From assembly GCA_965200315.1 (NCBI GenBank), contig OZ241362.1:2240001-2304000 (forward strand): a stretch of DNA of 64,000 nt. Direction: 5' to 3'. The number at the start of each line of letters is the position of its first letter. The stretch's first letter is position 1. The stretch is from Candidatus Latescibacterota bacterium. Lineage in GTDB: Bacteria; Latescibacterota; UBA2968; UBA8231. The position numbers and the translations under genes were made by a program. The notes below the pieces were generated by a model that saw only the letters and a list, made by a program, of their open reading frames with translations, ran no database searches and was not told the DNA's origin. Shown piece by piece: positions 1 through 7,676 of this stretch.

Positions 1-1
1 C

Positions 2-619
2 TTTGTTCATCACGCAGACCACGTCGCTGTACTGCTGGGCTTCCTGCATGTTGTGGGTAGTCATGACAATGGTGAGACCTTGGAGACGGTACTGGTTTAG
101 TACGTCCCAGAGTTGCCGACGCAAATGCGGATCTAAGTTGCTCGATGGCTCATCGAGGATCAGCAGCGCAGGTTTGCCTACTAAGGCAATGGCAATGAGC
201 AGCCTGCGCTTTTCTCCTCCCGACAGGTCTTTGTAGGCTATTTTCTGCTGACGCTGCAACTCAAAAACGTCTATTAACTCGTCAGGATCAATCGGGTTCC
301 GATACATTTTCGCATAAAGGCGTAATGCCTCTTTAACTCGAATATCATTATAGAGAGAATCTTCTTGAAATTGAATGCCGATTCTACTGCGTATGTCCTT
401 GCGCCGCTGCAGATCGGGGATTCTTTCACCAAACAAGTGGATGTCTCCAGAGTCAGGGTTTTTTAAGCCTACAATGCAATCTATAATAGACGTTTTACCC
501 GTTCCATTAGGTCCTACCAAACAAAAGACCTGTTGTGGATATACGGTAAAACTAACGTCTTCGACGGCGACGATCTTGCCGTAGCTTTTGTGCAAGTTAT
601 TTACCTGAATAATAGACAT
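2..619 (-). CDS. ABC transporter ATP-binding protein (3'-truncated by window edge), RiPP export
   Basis: Manual translation from ATG at 619: MSIIQVNNLHKSYGK...GPNGTGKTS (Walker A), LSGGEKRRL signature, LILDEP Walker B. Not in the ORF track because it runs off the window. Confidence 0.9.
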   Translation of the reverse strand, partial: MSIIQVNNLHKSYGKIVAVEDVSFTVYPQQVFCLVGPNGTGKTSIIDCIVGLKNPDSGDIHLFGERIPDLQRRKDIRSRIGIQFQEDSLYNDIRVKEALRLYAKMYRNPIDPDELIDVFELQRQQKIAYKDLSGGEKRRLLIAIALVGKPALLILDEPSSNLDPHLRRQLWDVLNQYRLQGLTIVMTTHNMQEAQQYSDVVCVMNK

Positions 620-666
620 TTGATCTCGGCTGGATTCAGTAGGAAATAAGCTATTCAAAGTTGCAG

Positions 667-1395
667 TCAGGATTTCCATTCAATCCGTATCTTAAAAACC
701 ATAATGTTGAAAACCTGATGGCACAATATGCACGGTAAAAGGCTGCCAGAGGTAAGATACATGATACTCAAAATTACACCAAGCAGGGTTTTAGAGATCG
801 CATTTGCCAAACCGTAAGCTATATGATTCATTCCAAATGCACAAGACGAGATGACAACAGCGTATTGTACAGGTATGTTTAGGACATCGGTTGCATAAGA
901 AATCAAGTGGCTTCTCCACAGAATCTCCTCTAGAAGAGCCTCGACAAGGATACAACCCAGTAACAGACTGATAGGTAATCTTTGTCCTTTCCTGACAATA
1001 CGTTTGGTCTCTCCAAACATCCATTGTTCTGCTATTGGCCTGCTTCCCATCCGCAGCTTTAACCACATCCGTGCTGCAACGATCTCTGAATAATAAAAGG
1101 CCACGCCGACACCGACACTTATTAAAATCGTAACGCCGAGCGATAAGGGCATTGGGAGGCCGAACCATACAGGCCATGCAAAGGCCGACTTCAGAATGTG
1201 GATAGCTGGGTCGCACAAGCTCAAAATTAAGAGTAGAGCACCCGTAAGAGATGCCAAAGGCATGACAAAGTCGCAGCGGTCCAAGGCTGCATCAATCGTT
1301 TTTTCGGATAGAATCCAACTACCTATCAGGTATAAACCTGAATGTATTGCATAAAAGAGGCCAGGATAGGCCAATAAAAAAACAAAACAAAACAT
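667..1395 (-). CDS. CPBP/CAAX (Abi-family, SagE-like) intramembrane metalloprotease
   Basis: Hydrophobic protein with EEILWR, FGMNH and HQVFN motifs; lies inside the RiPP operon. Confidence 0.85.
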   Translation of the reverse strand: MFCFVFLLAYPGLFYAIHSGLYLIGSWILSEKTIDAALDRCDFVMPLASLTGALLLILSLCDPAIHILKSAFAWPVWFGLPMPLSLGVTILISVGVGVAFYYSEIVAARMWLKLRMGSRPIAEQWMFGETKRIVRKGQRLPISLLLGCILVEALLEEILWRSHLISYATDVLNIPVQYAVVISSCAFGMNHIAYGLANAISKTLLGVILSIMYLTSGSLLPCILCHQVFNIMVFKIRIEWKS

Positions 1396-1410
1396 AGGTC
1401 AGACCTGAAG

Positions 1411-2874
1411 TTAGGGAAAAGGGACGGGCCCTGGCTTGAGCTCTTTGAATGTGAGTGGCTTATCCCTCAACCCCATTTTCATGGGTAATTCGTAAATCCG
1501 AGGGTGGCCCAAGTAGGGATGCGCACTGATATGGGGCTGTACTAATTCAGGAATGAATACTTTGACCACCTTTACCTGAGACATCTGTCCGTGGGTACAG
1601 TCAATGACGATGGGATCTATATTATATTGTTGAAGTATATCTTTGAGATATTCCAACTGTTCTTCTGAATGCTTGAGCTTTACCTTTGGTAATTCCGACA
1701 GAGCCACTGTATCATCACTGCGAAAAAAATCTTTCAGCCGTCCATTATGTTCAGTGTGTCCGTAGTATCCAATGGTTTCCAAAAACGTCCGCATTTCAGC
1801 TAGCGGTTTGTCCGGTGGAGCGTCGAATATTGTTTGGATACCTTTCATAAACTGCCGTTGAGGTGTCAACATAGCAGATTTTAATTGCAGTTCGGACTGC
1901 CCATATTCCAGCAAGGCTCGTACGAAAGCTTCTTCTCCATCCAATGCCGCTGCTGACCCAGCCTGATAGGCGAACTTTTTATAGTAGGGGACTAGCTGAG
2001 TCGCTGAGATACAGGGCAACTTAGGGAAACCTACGTCGTGTAACCAAAAATTCACATCACCAGATAGAGATCTGATATATTCCAAATCTCTGTTAGTTTT
2101 CTTGGAAGAGAGTGGTTTGTCAACTTCTACTCGACGCAGTGGAATATTTGCATACCAAGACAGCATCAAGGCATCGCGCTCGATAAGCTCTGTTACTCCA
2201 GCGATGATGGCCAAGGCTTCGTCTACATGAGAGGCCATACCAGAAGATGATGAATAGCCGATACGGGATTCCTCGATAGACGGGATGTATAAGAATAGCA
2301 CGAGCTGTATAGGAATCCAAATCTCTTCTTGGCTGATGAGCCTACGTCCCTTGATCCAATCGAGTTCAGAGTCATGAGTAAAAGGTTGAAAGAAGAAATC
2401 GGGAGTGGCGTATTGTTCATCTGCAAACAGAGGAAGTGCTTCCGGCATAATAGCATTCTGACCTGCTTGTTGCAGGGAGCTATAGGACCCGACATATCTC
2501 TCCAAATCCTCTTTCAAGAAAGCAAATGTCCCAGACATCCTTTCAACGCTTTCACCTAAGTCGGATAGAAATGAAGACGAGAGTTCAAAGCCTTTACCTC
2601 CCGCAATCATAGAAGAGTCCAATCTGAGATCTAGGGAAGGCAAACCGACGATCTGGCGCATGACTTGATCGGCATCCCAGTGCTTGCTATTGACAGCGAC
2701 GGTTTGGGAAATTCCAGCTCCACCATTGTAAACAGTCGAATATCGTATCGGGCCATTGGGGAAATACCACGAGAGCATTTCTCTGATTGCCCGACCTTCT
2801 TTCCCACTCATTACATTGGGTAAGGTCTCTTGATGAGGGTTGATGTAAGTGGAATGCAATTTCATAGAAGTCAT
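1411..2874 (-). CDS. YcaO cyclodehydratase (azoline-forming, D protein)
   Basis: SSSGMASH, ELIERDA, GESVER motifs and Pro-rich C-terminus (HPYLGHPR...PGPVPFP). Start moved to ATG 2874, which has a GGAGGT SD. Confidence 0.92.
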   Translation of the reverse strand: MTSMKLHSTYINPHQETLPNVMSGKEGRAIREMLSWYFPNGPIRYSTVYNGGAGISQTVAVNSKHWDADQVMRQIVGLPSLDLRLDSSMIAGGKGFELSSSFLSDLGESVERMSGTFAFLKEDLERYVGSYSSLQQAGQNAIMPEALPLFADEQYATPDFFFQPFTHDSELDWIKGRRLISQEEIWIPIQLVLFLYIPSIEESRIGYSSSSGMASHVDEALAIIAGVTELIERDALMLSWYANIPLRRVEVDKPLSSKKTNRDLEYIRSLSGDVNFWLHDVGFPKLPCISATQLVPYYKKFAYQAGSAAALDGEEAFVRALLEYGQSELQLKSAMLTPQRQFMKGIQTIFDAPPDKPLAEMRTFLETIGYYGHTEHNGRLKDFFRSDDTVALSELPKVKLKHSEEQLEYLKDILQQYNIDPIVIDCTHGQMSQVKVVKVFIPELVQPHISAHPYLGHPRIYELPMKMGLRDKPLTFKELKPGPVPFP

Positions 2875-2882
2875 GGTAAATA

Positions 2883-3656
2883 TTATACCTCCCATTTGAA
2901 TGTTCGAGTGGAGATCAAGTATGATAGTACGGTTATGACTATGAGAAACAGCAATGAATTTACATACTGAGATATAGGATCCCCGAGCCATACACCAGAA
3001 AAGGTCATAACCACATGAGTTAAAGGAGAACCCCAGCTTAAAGTCTGTAGCCAATCTGGAAACATTTGCCGCGGGAAGGTGGCTCCCGATATAAAAAACA
3101 TGATGAGAAATAAAAATTGGCTTAGAGCTTGGGTGCTTCTTGGAGATTTGGAAAGACTATTTACCAAGAAACCCAAAGCAAAAAAACAAGTCATACAGCT
3201 CAATCCCACAAACATGACAACCGCCCAGTGCCCACGGAAATGGAGGTCAAAAATGATCTCTGCGACCGCAATTAGGATCAAGGAAGAAACAATAAAAATA
3301 ATCGTTTGCATTGCGACATGGACGCAAAGGTAAAATCCAAGTGAGAGTGGACTGATGACATAGCGTTTGAGGATACCGAGCAGACGGTACTCAACCAAAA
3401 AATTGGTGAGGTTAGTCAGACCTGCTTGGCCGATATATGCAGCCATGAGTGCTGGAGCATAGAAATCAATGTAACGCACGTCGGGACGGTCCCACATCGG
3501 GGCTTCTCCAAACATAGAGCCGAACAGGAGAAAGAAAAAGATGGGCAATACAAATGTAAAGAAGGCAGCAGTAGGCTGACGCAGGAACAATTTGCACTCG
3601 ACGCTCCAGAGCGCGACGAAGCTCTGGAGCCAGATAGTTCTATTTGAAAAGGCCAT
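2883..3656 (-). CDS. ABC-2 type transporter permease
   Basis: Multiple TM segments, EYRLLGILKR and FISGATFP...PDWLQ...SPLTH pattern. Start at ATG 3656. Confidence 0.88.
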   Translation of the reverse strand: MAFSNRTIWLQSFVALWSVECKLFLRQPTAAFFTFVLPIFFFLLFGSMFGEAPMWDRPDVRYIDFYAPALMAAYIGQAGLTNLTNFLVEYRLLGILKRYVISPLSLGFYLCVHVAMQTIIFIVSSLILIAVAEIIFDLHFRGHWAVVMFVGLSCMTCFFALGFLVNSLSKSPRSTQALSQFLFLIMFFISGATFPRQMFPDWLQTLSWGSPLTHVVMTFSGVWLGDPISQYVNSLLFLIVITVLSYLISTRTFKWEV

Positions 3657-3669
3657 CTTATGCGAACCT

Positions 3670-4650
3670 TCAACTGTCTCTATCGGTGACTTTTCGGAGA
3701 CGTGACTCTTTATCCACTTTATCTCCAAAGGCAACTACTAGGGTTGTAAATTCTCTTCGTCCATCCAACCCCAAAAAGGAGTCTGTGAGCTCATCGTCGA
3801 AGCCAAATACCATACATGATCCTAACTCAAGTGCCGTAGCGACAAGGTGCAAATTCTGGCTTACGACGCCAGTTTCAAGATGGGCCAATCGGTACGATTT
3901 ATAGGCACCGTACTTCCATGTAAGCCGCGATATATCAGGGGCGATAAAAATGACTACACTTGCCTCAGCTAACCATTTGTGAGAGTAACAACAGTTGACC
4001 ACACGCCAGCGAAAATTCCCCCTCTCAAGCAGCTCTAGGCAGCTTTGCTTAGAATTGTAATGATATAACCCTTGCGGAGTGTCTTCGACCTCGTTGATCA
4101 CGAGATAAAATTCGGTGCATTGCAGCCCGCCAGCAGTCGGAAAATTGCGTAGCGTAACATCGCGACGATTATATGCTAATATAGTATCCCGTACACCGCA
4201 GGCCTGCCCTAATAGCGTACTCAGTCTTTCGATCGATAGAGCTGATCGCTTAAAGTCCCGGGCCGAGGTTCTATTATTGATTACATCCGAAACAGATTCA
4301 GTGATAAGTGGAAACTCTGCCTCTAATTGGATGTTTTTTGCACCAATGAATTCTTTGTGTAAGTCCGGTGCTATTTTTTCGTTTACTCTTAGAAAGGATA
4401 GCCATTCGTCTTCCGTTGGATAGTCTTTTAATCCGTTTACCACGATAGCCAACTCGTCCATAGGTCCATTAACTGACCTGTCTCGTTTGGTACGCTTTAG
4501 AAGATCATATAAAACTTGCTGCTCCTGAGACTCCAATTCTTCCAACTCTTGAAGCAGCTTTGGCTCTAGGGTAGTCGTCGGCTCTGAATGAGGCAACGAA
4601 TCTGGTATCTCTACCGCAGTGGACTTTCTCTCTCTAATTGCCATTGTCAT
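3670..4650 (-). CDS. SagB/ThcOx-family FMN-dependent azoline dehydrogenase
   Basis: RTSARDF, RNFPTAGGL, GLYHY, WKYGAYKSYRLAHLETG, QNLHL motifs. ATGA overlap with the upstream gene. Confidence 0.9.
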   Translation of the reverse strand: MTMAIRERKSTAVEIPDSLPHSEPTTTLEPKLLQELEELESQEQQVLYDLLKRTKRDRSVNGPMDELAIVVNGLKDYPTEDEWLSFLRVNEKIAPDLHKEFIGAKNIQLEAEFPLITESVSDVINNRTSARDFKRSALSIERLSTLLGQACGVRDTILAYNRRDVTLRNFPTAGGLQCTEFYLVINEVEDTPQGLYHYNSKQSCLELLERGNFRWRVVNCCYSHKWLAEASVVIFIAPDISRLTWKYGAYKSYRLAHLETGVVSQNLHLVATALELGSCMVFGFDDELTDSFLGLDGRREFTTLVVAFGDKVDKESRLRKVTDRDS

Positions 4651-5450
4651 CTATCCGCGTTGATGGGTGAGAAGGTAAGGAGAGCGTAAACGGACCGCTC
4701 TACACCGTCGGCTTGCACGAATTCGTCTACTTTCGTGTCGAGAAAATCTTGGTGGACGGTCGCAGAGTATCTATAGAATTCGTACTGATATTGAAAGTAC
4801 CCCAGCAATCGTCCTATATCAAGCAAGGTATGGCGGTAGCCCCTGGGGCCGTAGATGAGCATGTATCGCCAAGGACAGGCGACGACGATCAACATAGTCG
4901 AACACTCTTCAATGCTTATAGGCGGTGATTTCCAGAACAGGTCGGGCAAAAATGTGGCTTCATTTTTCACTTCACGCTCAATCCAGAGATAGTCTAATTC
5001 TGGAACGATGCGGAAGAGCATTTCGTTGTGTAGCAAGAGCAGATCGATAGCATAGAGTAGATTGGCTAGGTATCCCGGTTTGGCAAAGAGATTCAGTGGG
5101 TCTTGAAGCCAACTAGGGAGTTGGTCACAGGGGATTCTTAATCCAGGGGCATTATCAACTATGGCCTCTTCTTCAACGCGATAGGCGGTTTCAAAAAACC
5201 ATCGGCGCACCTGTTCAAGGATTGAGGTATCAAGGGGAATCTGAAGGGTCGAGTGAGGATTCAGCTTCGAGTTTTCATGGTACAATTCGGCCACATGTGG
5301 CTTCGGTCTGACTTGGCGGTAAAGGTAATCCGAAGCAGCCGAGTGGCTCAGGTCAATGCTGTGAGGAGAAGGTATAGGCGGCGATTCCAAAGACATTTGA
5401 ATGCGCTTTAAGAAGGAGTCCGGATCAGTAAGAGGAGATTCGACAGTCAT
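4647..5450 (-). CDS. Second, divergent nitroreductase/SagB-like protein
   Basis: AELYHENSKL at the N-terminus and WRYMLIYGPRGYRHTLLDIG near the C-terminus resemble SagB-type folds; lacks the RxSxR and PSAGG motifs. Confidence 0.6.
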   Translation of the reverse strand: MTVESPLTDPDSFLKRIQMSLESPPIPSPHSIDLSHSAASDYLYRQVRPKPHVAELYHENSKLNPHSTLQIPLDTSILEQVRRWFFETAYRVEEEAIVDNAPGLRIPCDQLPSWLQDPLNLFAKPGYLANLLYAIDLLLLHNEMLFRIVPELDYLWIEREVKNEATFLPDLFWKSPPISIEECSTMLIVVACPWRYMLIYGPRGYRHTLLDIGRLLGYFQYQYEFYRYSATVHQDFLDTKVDEFVQADGVERSVYALLTFSPINADR

Positions 5451-5529
5451 TTTGCACTCCGTTCGGTAATATTATACCAGATTGACGAGCTGTACTTTTC
5501 ATAGTCAGTCTTCACGTTTGCTAAGAGAC

Positions 5530-6639
5530 CTAGAGAAACATGTTTCTGTACCCGTTCCGCATACCAACAGATACAGGGGATCTAGGTAATTTCAGGATTT
5601 CTTCGTAATCGACATAGGGCTTTTCAAAATTGATGCGAAAGCATCGACCTATCAAAGAAGATTTTCCAGACAAAAGGAAAGACGAGGCGGCACCTGCCAC
5701 AAAGCCGGCAGCTATGCTAGCGTAGGGCGGAAACGCAAATTGATGGCTGTAAAGGCCATTCTTACTCATTTCCTCCTTATAGGTATAGTACTCGCTGTGC
5801 TTGACGGACAAAGTAGCTTCCGATTGGATTTCAAACTCGTTGTAGCAGCACGTTTCTCCAGGCACATAAATAGGGCCGATGCAGGCTTCACTGCCGTCCA
5901 TAAATGCGGATATCCACGGCTTTTCGGCGGAAAGTGCTGAGAGATCTACGGTGTGAAAGAGATGGGAAGAGAATACTTCGGAGGTTGCGACGACAAAGTT
6001 TGAAGCGCCAAATAGGCTTTCTAAGGCATCTTGATTATGATAGGATTCTTTGATCGCCTTGAGACGATCATAACCGAGATCTAACAGATGCAATTCCAAG
6101 GACTCGACGTAAGATCGCCCCTTCTCGATATAAGTCGAGGAACGATTAAACTGAGCCTGATCAACCGTAGCATTTTCGATGTGTCGGTCGTCCAAGATTT
6201 GCATCTGGCCGACCCCGATTTTTGCGAATTCTTCCGCCACGCGGCTACCGAGATAACCGGCACCTACGATGCCAATGCAGATGTTATCGAGGTCTTGGTT
6301 GCCACCTACGATAGCATTCAAATAGCTTACGATAGGACTTTCATTGGCTGGAGAGATAAACCCTTGGGAGGTCAGAGTTGAGATTAGTTCTTCCGCATCT
6401 TCGAGCTCTCCTTCCCCAATCACTTTTTGCTCTTGGAGATCTTGCAGAGAAGCTGGTGACGCCAAACGACGGAGTACTCGTCCTAGAAGATGAGTTCTGC
6501 CTTCATCTCTGATCGTCTGGTTGAATTTGGACCTCACGCCGTGTAATACTAAAATTTCATCTTCGCCGCAAAAGATGAACTTGAGTGAGGGATTGAGCAC
6601 GAAGCGGCAATTGGTAATGAATTCGGTTTTGATTTCCAT
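5530..6639 (-). CDS. TOMM leader-peptide-binding / ThiF(E1)-like cyclodehydratase partner (C protein)
   Basis: N-terminal RRE-like winged region, IGIVGAGYLGSRVA Rossmann motif, IGPIYVPGETCCYNEF, C-terminal LKLPRSPV. Confidence 0.82.
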   Translation of the reverse strand: MEIKTEFITNCRFVLNPSLKFIFCGEDEILVLHGVRSKFNQTIRDEGRTHLLGRVLRRLASPASLQDLQEQKVIGEGELEDAEELISTLTSQGFISPANESPIVSYLNAIVGGNQDLDNICIGIVGAGYLGSRVAEEFAKIGVGQMQILDDRHIENATVDQAQFNRSSTYIEKGRSYVESLELHLLDLGYDRLKAIKESYHNQDALESLFGASNFVVATSEVFSSHLFHTVDLSALSAEKPWISAFMDGSEACIGPIYVPGETCCYNEFEIQSEATLSVKHSEYYTYKEEMSKNGLYSHQFAFPPYASIAAGFVAGAASSFLLSGKSSLIGRCFRINFEKPYVDYEEILKLPRSPVSVGMRNGYRNMFL

Positions 6640-6746
6640 AGATATCTACTCTTCTAATTGTTATAAGTTAGCCAAAAACAGTTAATCGCGATTCCCGATC
6701 AGCAGACCTAATAGAAACTAGGGCATTTATATCAAGAGGTTAAGTG

Positions 6747-6784
6747 CCTGCCTGTAGTAATCAACATAGATAACTACAGGCAGG
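6747..6784. terminator. Hairpin between precursor genes and modification genes
   Basis: CCTGCCTGTAGT (6747-6758) is the exact reverse complement of ACTACAGGCAGG (6773-6784); only a weak U-tract follows. Confidence 0.6.
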
Positions 6785-6844
6785 ACAATACTAAATACCG
6801 TTTGAGATCAAAGTAGCCTCAGCCATAAAAACAATAAACGGCAC

Positions 6845-6958
6845 TTACAGGCAAATAGGGCTAGGGCAATGACAGTGGCAGCAGGTGCAGCAGGAGGCCC
6901 TGATAAACGCTGGCGACATATAGCCATCAAAGGACTTCGATACGACTTTGAGCTTCAT
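6845..6958 (-). CDS. RiPP precursor peptide A2 (37 aa): MKLKVVSKSFDGYMSPAFIRASCCTCCHCHCPSPICL
   Basis: Manual translation; AAGGAGG SD; leader identical to A1 at 16 of the first 17 residues. Below the ORF-track size cutoff. Confidence 0.9.
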   Translation of the reverse strand: MKLKVVSKSFDGYMSPAFIRASCCTCCHCHCPSPICL

Positions 6959-7001
6959 CTTGATTTCCTCCTTTGAGCGGGCTCAATTACAAAATAGACT
7001 A

Positions 7002-7112
7002 CTAAAATGAGATTGTGATGGTACAGTGACAGTGGCAGCAGCAGCAGGGTGCGGCGAGCTTCGCTGGCGACATATAGCCATCAAACGAGTTCGATACGAC
7101 TTTGAGTTTCAT
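7002..7112 (-). CDS. RiPP precursor peptide A1 (36 aa): MKLKVVSNSFDGYMSPAKLAAPCCCCHCHCTITISF
   Basis: C-terminal part of ORF 7002..7277; AAGGAGG SD before ATG 7112; Cys/Thr/Ser-rich core upstream of YcaO machinery. Confidence 0.9.
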   Translation of the reverse strand: MKLKVVSNSFDGYMSPAKLAAPCCCCHCHCTITISF

Positions 7113-7213
7113 CTTGCTTTCCTCCTTGGCTTGATTAGCCATTTGTTTGTAGCCGGTTGAGATGCGACACAGCAGCAATGGGAGCAACAGCCGGCCGTCC
7201 TGTGTGCTTCCAT
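7109..7213 (-). CDS. Putative Cys-rich upstream small ORF (34 aa): MEAHRTAGCCSHCCCVASQPATNKWLIKPRRKAR
   Basis: Manual translation; its TGA overlaps the A1 ATG (ATGA); no clear SD. Confidence 0.35.
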   Translation of the reverse strand: MEAHRTAGCCSHCCCVASQPATNKWLIKPRRKAR

Positions 7214-7265
7214 GTCTTAAAATACTGCTGATTTTGAAACACGGCTGAGGCTCAGCGCGAATAAA

Positions 7266-7281
7266 TGCGAAAAACATGCCA
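7266..7281 (-). promoter_or_regulatory. sigma54 (-24/-12) promoter for the RiPP operon
   Basis: Minus strand reads TGGCATG-TTTT-TCGCA versus consensus TGGCACG-N4-TTGCW, with correct GG-N10-GC spacing and orientation. Confidence 0.55.
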
Positions 7282-7485
7282 AAGAGTACACCAAATAAAA
7301 TGAACTGTCGTTGGCCTTCGCTAACCCCTTGTAATTAGACAAGTTAGCCAAGCCAAATTATTTGCGGCTACACCTCCGCCCCGACTGGGCAATGCACTTA
7401 GGTGTATCGCCTACGCAACAATACTGTTTCCCAAGCAAGACAAAAAAGTAGCTTCGCCACCGCTTCTGCCTGCACCCGCATCTGA

Positions 7486-7514
7486 TTGACAACTGCATAT
7501 ATGTTCACTATATT
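7486..7514 (+). promoter_or_regulatory. sigma70-type promoter for parE-parC
   Basis: TTGACA-N17-TATATT. Confidence 0.55.
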
Positions 7515-7676
7515 AAGCCTGTGGAGAATTTCTTAAATTAGTAGCTGCACCAAGGAAAGCGTCTCCCCTTCCTGCTCTCCTTTGATGCTTCTACTCTCCT
7601 GCATTTTACTCCCATTGTCCGCCAGTCGCGCATCCCTCCCCTAGGAATCGCGGCTCGTTCTACTATAAACCTCATT

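Noticed and set aside
2875-3054. N-terminal extension of YcaO in the ORF track
   Set aside because: It overlaps the permease gene; a GGAGGT SD supports ATG 2874.
7002-7277. 91-aa ORF as the precursor
   Set aside because: A strong SD and the duplicated leader place the start at 7112; the track's start lies inside the sigma54-like promoter.
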